This document shows positions 31,107 to 38,971 of a stretch of DNA of 64,000 nt, piece after piece. The DNA lies in the IMG/VR virus record IMGVR_UViG_3300021963_000021, positions 62,001 to 126,000 of that record. One strand, given 5' to 3'. The notes beneath the pieces are model-generated. The model ran no database searches and was not told the origin of the DNA. It was given only the letters and a program-made list of their open reading frames with translations. Numbering within the stretch: the stretch's first letter is position 1; every line of letters begins with the position of its first letter. A program made the translations under genes and the position numbers.

Positions 31107-32198
31107 TTAAACTTTAAGTCCCGCGAGCTTGCGGATTGTAAAAATCTCAGCGGTTTTTTCCTCTCCGCTGGGTTGTTGGGCCTGCTTGTTGCCTGTAATT
31201 TCTGTGCCTTCTGTTAGTGCCTTCTTTTTAGGAGCCTCGCCGGCCATTACGGCAGGCAAATATTTGTCGAATGAACCACGTAGTTTATCTGTTGAAACGG
31301 ATTCCAACAAATCACTCATAACTGTTTTCTTATCTCCAGTTAGTGGGTTCAACAATTCGCTCATAATTTCTTTGCGTTCCATCACATCTTTAGCGATGCG
31401 GATTTCGCGCTCTTTGCTTTCAACAATGCGATCTTTTTGCTCTAGAGCTTTAGCAGCTTCTTCGAGTTCAGCTTCTTTGATCTTAACTACTTTTAATAGT
31501 TTAGATGTTTCGCTTTTTTCATTGAGCAAGCTGGATGCATATTCGCTAGCGAAAGATTCAAAAATTCTACGACCAAAGTCATTCTTGCGAGCCTGTTCAA
31601 TGTCTTCTTTAAGCTGTGTCATTTCTGTTGTTAGCTTGTTGATAACAACACCTTCGATTAGCTTAGAAGCTTTTGTGATGAACTGTGCTTTTACTGCTTC
31701 GAATTTCGCTTTGCTTTCACGAACAAGTTTAACTTTTGTATCTACTAGGTCTTTCTTGTCAGTGTGGAATTCTGCGATTTCTTTAGCTAGAGCGCCTACA
31801 ATGAAGCTCTCTAGTTTACCGAAATTCTCAGCAACTTTCTTGCGGTCTTCGTGTAGTTCTGAAAGTTCTGATGCTAGTTGACTTAGAACGAATTCTTCCA
31901 TCTTCTTAGCGTCGCCTTTCATTTTCTTAGCGTATTTGGCTTTAGCTTCAACAAGCTGATTGCGATCTTCTGCTAGTTCAGCTAATTCAGCTGACAGGCG
32001 ATCAGAAACCATTTTATCAAGAGCTTCTACCATTACGTTTTTGTCATGCTCATATTTCTGAGCAAATTCTTCACGAAGTTCAGCAGTAACTAGGTCACGG
32101 TTTTCTTGAATTCTGCTTTGCCAAGCGGATTCAATTTCCGATTTGATTTCTTCGGAAATCACATTGTTTTCAAATAGTTGTTTAACGATATCTAGCAT
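31107..32198 (-). CDS. gp22: Prohead core scaffold protein, gp22-like
   Basis: Long acidic/basic coiled coil with FGRRIFESF motif, between protease and capsid genes. Confidence 0.85.
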   Translation of the reverse strand: MLDIVKQLFENNVISEEIKSEIESAWQSRIQENRDLVTAELREEFAQKYEHDKNVMVEALDKMVSDRLSAELAELAEDRNQLVEAKAKYAKKMKGDAKKMEEFVLSQLASELSELHEDRKKVAENFGKLESFIVGALAKEIAEFHTDKKDLVDTKVKLVRESKAKFEAVKAQFITKASKLIEGVVINKLTTEMTQLKEDIEQARKNDFGRRIFESFASEYASSLLNEKSETSKLLKVVKIKEAELEEAAKALEQKDRIVESKEREIRIAKDVMERKEIMSELLNPLTGDKKTVMSDLLESVSTDKLRGSFDKYLPAVMAGEAPKKKALTEGTEITGNKQAQQPSGEEKTAEIFTIRKLAGLKV

Positions 32199-32213
32199 GT
32201 GATTCTCCTACTG

Positions 32214-32846
32214 TTAATTGAGACCCTTGATGATTCTCATCAAGCCCTCTGCTATGTATTTCTGTGCCTTTGGATCGCCTTGGACTTCCCTTGCTATATT
32301 AAATGCCTTGTATCCACCTACTGTATTCATTAGATGTTCATAAACTGGTGTAGGATATGCTCCCGGGGCTGATGGTTGGGCAACGATATCCACTGTGATA
32401 ATTTCAAAGTCGGAAACTTTACCGCTTCCGTCTTCGGCCACGTTACCGGAACCCCTGCTTGATACGCCTAATTTTACTCCGCTCTCCAACATGGTTTGTA
32501 TTAACTGTCCCATAGGAGTTGGAAGTACTTTTAATTTTCCATATCCATTTGGACCTTCCATCCACATTTTTGTTATCATGTGGCTGACACGGTCCAAATT
32601 AATGCGTAAGTCAGCAGGATGATCAACCTCTCCCAGACATGAGTAGCCGCCGCCGATCTGTTCATTGATGGTTTTGACAGCCTTAGCAATTTCGGAGGAA
32701 GGATAGATTCTCTGATTAGCATTACGAATGTCACCTTGGATACAGATGCCATTCAAATGCAGAGTCTTCTTATCCCCTTCTTCTGTGCTTTCAAGGACTA
32801 GACCTGCTTGGTCAAAACTCAAGTGTTCACTGAGATAGTTTTTCAC
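32214..32846 (-). CDS. gp21: Prohead protease, gp21-like
   Basis: NANQRIY, LGEVDHP, VSH, TPMG, LGVSSRGSG, DIVAQPSAP.A motifs; GTG start. Confidence 0.95.
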   Translation of the reverse strand: MKNYLSEHLSFDQAGLVLESTEEGDKKTLHLNGICIQGDIRNANQRIYPSSEIAKAVKTINEQIGGGYSCLGEVDHPADLRINLDRVSHMITKMWMEGPNGYGKLKVLPTPMGQLIQTMLESGVKLGVSSRGSGNVAEDGSGKVSDFEIITVDIVAQPSAPGAYPTPVYEHLMNTVGGYKAFNIAREVQGDPKAQKYIAEGLMRIIKGLN

Positions 32847-32859
32847 CTAAGGGCTCCGA

Positions 32860-33741
32860 TTACTTGCCGCGGAATAAACTGGCTGTATTAGTTCCAGTTT
32901 CACCTGCGCCTTTCTTCTCTGCGCCATGTCCAGGTACTTTAGCTTTGAAAGCGCCTTTAGCAGCTTCCTTTGGACCGTTTACGCCGAGATCTTTTGTAGC
33001 TTTGTTTAATAGACCTTTGTCTGAACCGCCACCTTCGCCACCTTTAGCGATGTTAGCAGTTGTGCCGCCCATGTCGTTCTTGCCAGCTACGATTGACTTG
33101 GTGTTTTGACCATTGTCGCCGCCTTTAGCAAACTTGTCGTATGTTGCGCCACCGACTTTTTCTGTGTATTCACGTACTGTTGATAGGTCTTGGATTTGGT
33201 CAACGCCAGCATCTAGACTGTCGCCCATGCCCATTTCGTCGCCCATGTCGCCCATGTCATCGTGTTCTGGCTCGCCAGCTTCGTCTGACATAAATGCGTC
33301 AAATGCTGCTTGTAGTGATTGGATTTCTTGGCTTAGGTCTTGTACGTCGCCTTTAGTAGCAGGCTCATCGTTGTCGCCTTCTTCTTCGCCGTCTTCTACA
33401 TCACCCATGAAGTCGTCTGTTGCGTCACCGCCTTCGTCTTCTTCACCTTCTTCTTCTTCACCTTCTTCTTCTTCACCTTCTTCTTCAGCTTCTTCGTCGA
33501 TGTCTACGAAGCTTTCATCCATTTCTTCGTCATCTTCTTCTTCACTTTTAGAAGCTTCGTCTAACTCTTCGTCATCTTCTTCTTCTTCTTTAGAAGCTTC
33601 GTCGATTTCTGAGTCGATTAGGTTTTCGTAAATTTCACGTGATTTTTCTACCACGTAATCATGGAAAAGCTCTTCAGCTTTTGCTTGTTCGTTGTTGAGC
33701 AAAGACTCTAACATCTCTGCAATCTTGTTCTTGTCTGACAT
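32860..33741 (-). CDS. Highly acidic prohead core/internal protein
   Basis: Start MSDKNKIAE after GGAGG SD and TAAATA; AEELFH..VVEKSREIYE motif, E/D tracts, repeated (I/L/M)DE-A/S putative gp21 cleavage sites. Confidence 0.7.
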   Translation of the reverse strand: MSDKNKIAEMLESLLNNEQAKAEELFHDYVVEKSREIYENLIDSEIDEASKEEEEDDEELDEASKSEEEDDEEMDESFVDIDEEAEEEGEEEEGEEEEGEEDEGGDATDDFMGDVEDGEEEGDNDEPATKGDVQDLSQEIQSLQAAFDAFMSDEAGEPEHDDMGDMGDEMGMGDSLDAGVDQIQDLSTVREYTEKVGGATYDKFAKGGDNGQNTKSIVAGKNDMGGTTANIAKGGEGGGSDKGLLNKATKDLGVNGPKEAAKGAFKAKVPGHGAEKKGAGETGTNTASLFRGK

Positions 33742-33835
33742 AATTAACCCTCCTAAATTGTATACAGGCTGTCGAATATATTTACTGCTAAGATAATATT
33801 TCGGTATTAAATGGTAGTTTTTTGAAGGTTTTTGA

Positions 33836-34471
33836 TCAAATAAGTATCGACCCTGGAAATTCCTCTTGAATTTCCTCAAAAACCTTATGCTGAAAGTTCT
33901 GCGTTAAATTTCTTATATTATCAGGTACAAATGTATTTTTTTCTATTACTCTATGATAGTTAATATGCGGGAACTCTCTAATTACTTTTTCTGTTTGATT
34001 AGCCCAATTTCCATAGTAGGTAGCTGGTTCGCTGCTGCGTCTATAGTTTGGTGTGTCAGCGTAGACATTGTTAAATTTTCCTTCTACACCCGCATAATCA
34101 AAGCCAAAAATATAGATATCTGTGTATTGATGTGTGCTGGCTAACCAAAGTGCTGTGGGGCCAGAACTCCAGCCTTTATGTGGATTAAAGAATCTAAATC
34201 CCTGGAATTTTAACACTCCTTTATTAGGATTTGTCCACACCTCATGCTGCATCTGCCAGTGTGTTTTTTCTATTTCTTTGACCATTTTTTCGTCTACAGC
34301 GACCAAATAGTCAGGATCAAATTCTCTATACAGCGCATTACAGCCGTAGATTTTGCCAAACTTTCTTAGCTCATGTAGATTCAATCGCTGTCTTGTGCGA
34401 CCGTTTCCTAATACAAATGCTACGGATTTAGGCTGCTGGAGCTGCTTCTTGGCCGGCTGGTGGTTGTCCAT
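33836..34471 (-). CDS. Glycosyltransferase-like protein (Maf/DUF115/sialyltransferase-type Rossmann fold)
   Basis: AFVLGNG.S/T, YGCNALYR, PDYLVAVD, WSSG..A, IYIFGFD motifs. Confidence 0.6.
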   Translation of the reverse strand: MDNHQPAKKQLQQPKSVAFVLGNGRTRQRLNLHELRKFGKIYGCNALYREFDPDYLVAVDEKMVKEIEKTHWQMQHEVWTNPNKGVLKFQGFRFFNPHKGWSSGPTALWLASTHQYTDIYIFGFDYAGVEGKFNNVYADTPNYRRSSEPATYYGNWANQTEKVIREFPHINYHRVIEKNTFVPDNIRNLTQNFQHKVFEEIQEEFPGSILI

Positions 34472-34682
34472 ACATCAACTGTATAAATTCACGTTCAGCA
34501 GCCTGCTCGAACTCATGTGCTTCGGTTTGTTTGCGAAGCTGATTGATTTGACGCAGTGTTAGACGTACTTTTCTTGTGTCATCTTTTTCTAGGACCGACG
34601 TGTCTTTACGAGCATCATAACGTTTGTTATCTGTGTACTCGTTGTGTTGGTCGCTAAAATAAAAGAATTCTAAAAGTTTCAT
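34428..34682 (-). CDS. Small prohead-associated protein (84 aa)
   Basis: Start MKLLEFF 4 nt after TATAAATA; DTRK.RLTLRQIN.LRK motif; directly downstream of the portal gene. Confidence 0.65.
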   Translation of the reverse strand: MKLLEFFYFSDQHNEYTDNKRYDARKDTSVLEKDDTRKVRLTLRQINQLRKQTEAHEFEQAAEREFIQLMYGQPPAGQEAAPAA

Positions 34683-34695
34683 CTTGTATTTATAT

Positions 34696-36414
34696 TTAGG
34701 CTGCTGGGCCAGCTGGTGCTGGTGCTGCTGCGTCAATGGCTCCTTCTTCTGGAGCAGCCGGAGCCTGTGCTGCTAGATCGTCCGGTGCCTCGGCATCCTG
34801 TGATGCTGCTTCTGCTGAGATATCGTTAGGTGTAACTCCCACTGAACGCATTTCTGTAGAAGCGTTCATAGCGATGCCTACAGCTGAACCATTTTCTTCT
34901 TTCCACATACGTTCGTTTTCTGTGATTTCTTCTTGGCTTAGTCCTAGGAATCGTTTTAGAGCAAAACGTTTGCTCATATAAGGAACTTCTTGTAGTGCTG
35001 CGAATGTCTGTACACGAGCGTTATCAAGTTCACTTTGACGATATGCTGCGAAGTTTTGTGGAGGATTAAATTTCAACTCAAACAACGAGTTATCAATGCT
35101 CACACCTGATTTAATTAACCAACGCTTGAATTCTAGATCAAACTCTGTAATTAAGTTAGTCTGTAAACGCTTACAGTATTCGTTAAATCTAAGTTCTTGT
35201 ATGTAAGCAGTGCCTACTTTTCCGTCCGAGAAAGCTGCTTGACTATCATCAGGCATAGTAGGAAGGTAACTGCTTGGAATACGCAGAGCACGGAATAATT
35301 TGTTGGTAAAGTAACGTAGATCATCAATCTCGCCTAGATTTGTACCGCCTGGCAGTGTGTCAACTTTAGATCCACGACCTTCTGCTGTCTGCGGGAAGAA
35401 GTAGTCTTCTGATATGCTGAGAGGATTATAACTAGCGTCAATGACGTTTGCCCCGCCGCCTGTTGAGCTAGGAATACGTCTTTGATTTATTTCGTTTTTA
35501 ACACGTTCAACAAAGCTCATGGCCATGTGTGCGGGCATGTTGCCAACGTCTACATAAAACACTCTGCGCTCTGGAGCACGTTGTACACGGTAGATAATAA
35601 TAGCATCTTCAAGCAGTTCTTTCTGCTTGTAGACTTTGAATACTGATTCTAATAAACTGTTACCAAATGGATAGTTGTTGTCTAAACCTTCTGATAAACT
35701 TAGGTGTAAAACATGTTCTGCGTCTACAGCTAATTCATTTTGCTGTGTGCCAAATCTGCTGCCTGTCTGTTGCGGAGCAGATCCAACCATACCTCGTCCA
35801 AGTGATCCACCACTAACATAAGAAGCAGTGCCTGCCGGTGTGTTATGTGTATTAGGGTGCATGGTTGTTGCCACAAGATGCTGGAAGTTGATGTTTAAAT
35901 CACGAATAACATACTGCTCGGGCTTTTTACCTTCGCTTTCGTTTACAATAATTTTAACTAACTTAGCGGTATCTATGTAAAACAATTTCTGTGTTTCTGG
36001 ATCACGTATAAAGAAACAGTCACCGTATTTGAAGGCATTTCTAACTATACGGAACATTCTAGTTTCAAATTTTTGGAATCTAGACCATTTTTGTAGACCG
36101 TCTTTTAACAGCTTGACTTCTGTAGCTGTTGGCTGTCCTTTGAAATTAATTTGAAAAGATGTGTTGTTTTCTCTGTTGGCCTGTGTACAGAATTCGGCTA
36201 GAATATCTAACGCAGCATTAACTTCACTGTCCATGTCCATTGTGTCGTACTGCATGTAGCGTTCAACACGATTTGGTGTCCCTGCGTATACATCAGGCAA
36301 GAAACTTGAGTAGTTAGACTTAGCTGGGCCGGGACGAGAACCGTTGCCTAGAGGGCTAAAACTGCCGCCTTGTTTTCCAGTTGGTACCGGTGTAAAATAT
36401 TTTTTCCAGCTCAA
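34696..36414 (-). CDS. gp20: Portal protein, gp20-like
   Basis: LLEDAIIIYRVQRAPERRVFYVDVGNMP, EDYFFP...GRGS.V.TLPGG.NLGEIDD..YF motifs; TTG start with AGGAG SD. Confidence 0.97.
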   Translation of the reverse strand: MSWKKYFTPVPTGKQGGSFSPLGNGSRPGPAKSNYSSFLPDVYAGTPNRVERYMQYDTMDMDSEVNAALDILAEFCTQANRENNTSFQINFKGQPTATEVKLLKDGLQKWSRFQKFETRMFRIVRNAFKYGDCFFIRDPETQKLFYIDTAKLVKIIVNESEGKKPEQYVIRDLNINFQHLVATTMHPNTHNTPAGTASYVSGGSLGRGMVGSAPQQTGSRFGTQQNELAVDAEHVLHLSLSEGLDNNYPFGNSLLESVFKVYKQKELLEDAIIIYRVQRAPERRVFYVDVGNMPAHMAMSFVERVKNEINQRRIPSSTGGGANVIDASYNPLSISEDYFFPQTAEGRGSKVDTLPGGTNLGEIDDLRYFTNKLFRALRIPSSYLPTMPDDSQAAFSDGKVGTAYIQELRFNEYCKRLQTNLITEFDLEFKRWLIKSGVSIDNSLFELKFNPPQNFAAYRQSELDNARVQTFAALQEVPYMSKRFALKRFLGLSQEEITENERMWKEENGSAVGIAMNASTEMRSVGVTPNDISAEAASQDAEAPDDLAAQAPAAPEEGAIDAAAPAPAGPAA

Positions 36415-36430
36415 AATCTATCTCCTGTCC

Positions 36431-38968
36431 TTAGACACGGGCGGATGCCAGTGCTCTGACCTTAGCTCTTTCAAGATCTAATTCATCTTTGGTCAGAGAT
36501 ATAAGGGTCTTTACATTACTATTTAAGTTAACTACAAATTCTGCTGCGATAAATTGACCCGCTTTCATCATTAAACTGCTCTGTTGGGCAGGTGTTGTAA
36601 CAGCTTCTTCGTTGTGTAGAACAGCAAGGGTTCCTGAACCAAATTGACGGAATAGATTTCCATATTCGCCCAGTGTACCTTTACTAAACGATTCACCGTT
36701 TATATCAAGAACTGGTCTAGTAGGCGGTAATGGTATTCTTGCGCCTTCTAGCCATGTGTCTGCGTAGGCACCGATTAGATCACCAGTCATAACTTTACTA
36801 TCTTTAAGAGTTTCCATCAGTTGACGATTAGACTGTGGAGGGTTAGTTCCTGAAGCGATAGCATTTCCTGGACCCATAATACGATACACTGCTTTTACTG
36901 TGCCATCTTCATTTTCAATTTCAGCAGAGATATAATCATACGGATAAGCGCCATGGGATTTGTATCTGATTATACCGCTTATAGCAGCACGAATAGGATC
37001 ACCTTGTTTTACATTAGGTTGATTATATTGCCCAGTCCTTGTCATCCTGTCAACAATACCAGGTTTTTTCCTCATACTGATAGTAAGTAGTCCATCAACT
37101 ACAACAATACTGTCAATTTCCATACCATCTTTGTCAGCAGCCCGTAGATTTTTATAAAGATCTCCTCTGGCAATAGTTTTTCTTCCACCATTTATGTCTA
37201 TCATTTCTACAAGATTTGATTTAGCTGGATCAGCGTTGCTTAACGCAGCCATACTTGGTAGTGCTTCTCTACGTCTTTCTAACGCATTAATATCTCTATT
37301 AATTCTGTCTGCCCAAACATTCCCCATAACACTATCGCCAAACGCTAATCTCACACCAGCTAATTTCACATATAGATACAATCGTTGGGCTAACATTTCC
37401 ATTTGTCTTTTCATTATACTATTAGTGCTGTCATCGGAGAATACACTTAATATTGTGCTTATAGTATTGAAAACATTTAGAAAAAGTTTATTAAGACCTT
37501 TGCTGTAAGTTTCAATTTTTTCGTTAAATTTATATTTTGAAAGCATTACTCCTATCTGCTCAAAGTACGGAGTTAGGCGAATCATTACTTCGTCTTTGAA
37601 TTTCCTAATAGTCACAGTCATTTCATTCATTGCTGCTGTAAATGCTTCTTGTTTATTCATTTCTGCGAGTATTTTTGCTATGCGATCTTTAACCTGTTGA
37701 GAGGTCATCCCGTTTACTGCGCCAAAATTATTAAGGAATGCTCTAACTCCTTCTGTCGATTTGACCATATCGTCTAGACCTTCATAATTTGTCGACGTAG
37801 CGTTAAGCTGATTTTTTAATGCTTCAATGTCTTTGTTGATTCCCGGTATATATTTTGCCATTATAACTTCAGAAGCCTTAGAAAACTCTGCTGGCGGTGT
37901 AGATGAATCTGCTAGAGCTAACAGCTCTTCTAACATCGCTTTACTGTTTGGAGAAAAAGTGCCCAGCTGGCGACCCAACACAGACATTTCTTTTTGTCCC
38001 AGACCAGCAGATACTACATAGTCTCTACCAGCTTCGCCAAAGACTGCGTCGGCTAGTGTTAATGCTTTTAACATTTTATTACGTCTGCTTTCGCTGCCTT
38101 GTTCCAGGCTCAATCTAAACGCATCATTTTTCATAGATTCCATGACGCCCTGTTGTTGCTGCTCATTGTTTTTACCGGTCATCATGGTTATCATTTGCTG
38201 ATACTTTGTGTACTCAGCAAATGATTCTGTTTGTTTTTTATAAGCCATCTTGCTGCTGTCAGTGCTTCTAATGACATTAGTGTAATAGAACATGAATCGT
38301 TGACCAACATCGTCTACTGATAGTCCTAGATTTAATAAGTCCGATGCTAATGAATTTTTTCCTTCCCAGAGTACTTTGGTATATCTATTAAAGATTTTAG
38401 CACCTTGTGTTACAGTTCCTCCAACTTCGGCAAGTTTACGACTGTTTTGTGCTAACAGCGCAGCATAAGAATCTAAATCCATATGTGCTTCAGCTGCTGA
38501 CCTTCTTAGTTCTGTTATGCTATTTCCAAAAGAAGCACCCACTTTAGAAGTCTGCTGTAGTACATCGTTCCATCCTTCAAATACCTGTACAGCAGTTATC
38601 AGTGCGCCAGCAAGTTCGCCCATAGTTTCTCCAACTATAGGTACTTTTTTTACAAAATTATTATTAAGTGCCGATGCCCATTCTGAAGTCTTGTTAGACC
38701 CTTTTTCCATCAAGTTCGCAAAGTCTCTGGCTGTGGTCCTTCCCCACTTTTCAACTTTGTTAGAAAGATTTTTTATCTTGTTGGATTCTTTTTTAATACC
38801 AGAAACAAAAGAATTTCCTGGACCAGCTCCGCCTCCACCATCATTTATTTCGTCTTCTAGATCACTAAATGCGTTCATTAGATCACGCATTGTAGATTCG
38901 CTAGCAGCGTTGGCAAAAATCATTTTGCCATATTGATCTGAAATAAATTCTACGGTTCTATTAGCCAT
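36431..38968 (-). CDS. Tape-measure-like protein, paralogue B, with degenerate M23-like region
   Basis: Helical body similar to 38972..41584; GTL.VLHNEEAV C-terminal motif; PIRAAISG and GDLIG remnants without HxxxD/HxH. Confidence 0.65.
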   Translation of the reverse strand: MANRTVEFISDQYGKMIFANAASESTMRDLMNAFSDLEDEINDGGGGAGPGNSFVSGIKKESNKIKNLSNKVEKWGRTTARDFANLMEKGSNKTSEWASALNNNFVKKVPIVGETMGELAGALITAVQVFEGWNDVLQQTSKVGASFGNSITELRRSAAEAHMDLDSYAALLAQNSRKLAEVGGTVTQGAKIFNRYTKVLWEGKNSLASDLLNLGLSVDDVGQRFMFYYTNVIRSTDSSKMAYKKQTESFAEYTKYQQMITMMTGKNNEQQQQGVMESMKNDAFRLSLEQGSESRRNKMLKALTLADAVFGEAGRDYVVSAGLGQKEMSVLGRQLGTFSPNSKAMLEELLALADSSTPPAEFSKASEVIMAKYIPGINKDIEALKNQLNATSTNYEGLDDMVKSTEGVRAFLNNFGAVNGMTSQQVKDRIAKILAEMNKQEAFTAAMNEMTVTIRKFKDEVMIRLTPYFEQIGVMLSKYKFNEKIETYSKGLNKLFLNVFNTISTILSVFSDDSTNSIMKRQMEMLAQRLYLYVKLAGVRLAFGDSVMGNVWADRINRDINALERRREALPSMAALSNADPAKSNLVEMIDINGGRKTIARGDLYKNLRAADKDGMEIDSIVVVDGLLTISMRKKPGIVDRMTRTGQYNQPNVKQGDPIRAAISGIIRYKSHGAYPYDYISAEIENEDGTVKAVYRIMGPGNAIASGTNPPQSNRQLMETLKDSKVMTGDLIGAYADTWLEGARIPLPPTRPVLDINGESFSKGTLGEYGNLFRQFGSGTLAVLHNEEAVTTPAQQSSLMMKAGQFIAAEFVVNLNSNVKTLISLTKDELDLERAKVRALASARV

Positions 38969-38971
38969 GTA

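Noticed and set aside
33430-33605. TTC-rich tandem repeats
   Set aside because: They simply encode the poly-Glu/Asp tract of the core protein; not a CRISPR or independent repeat element.
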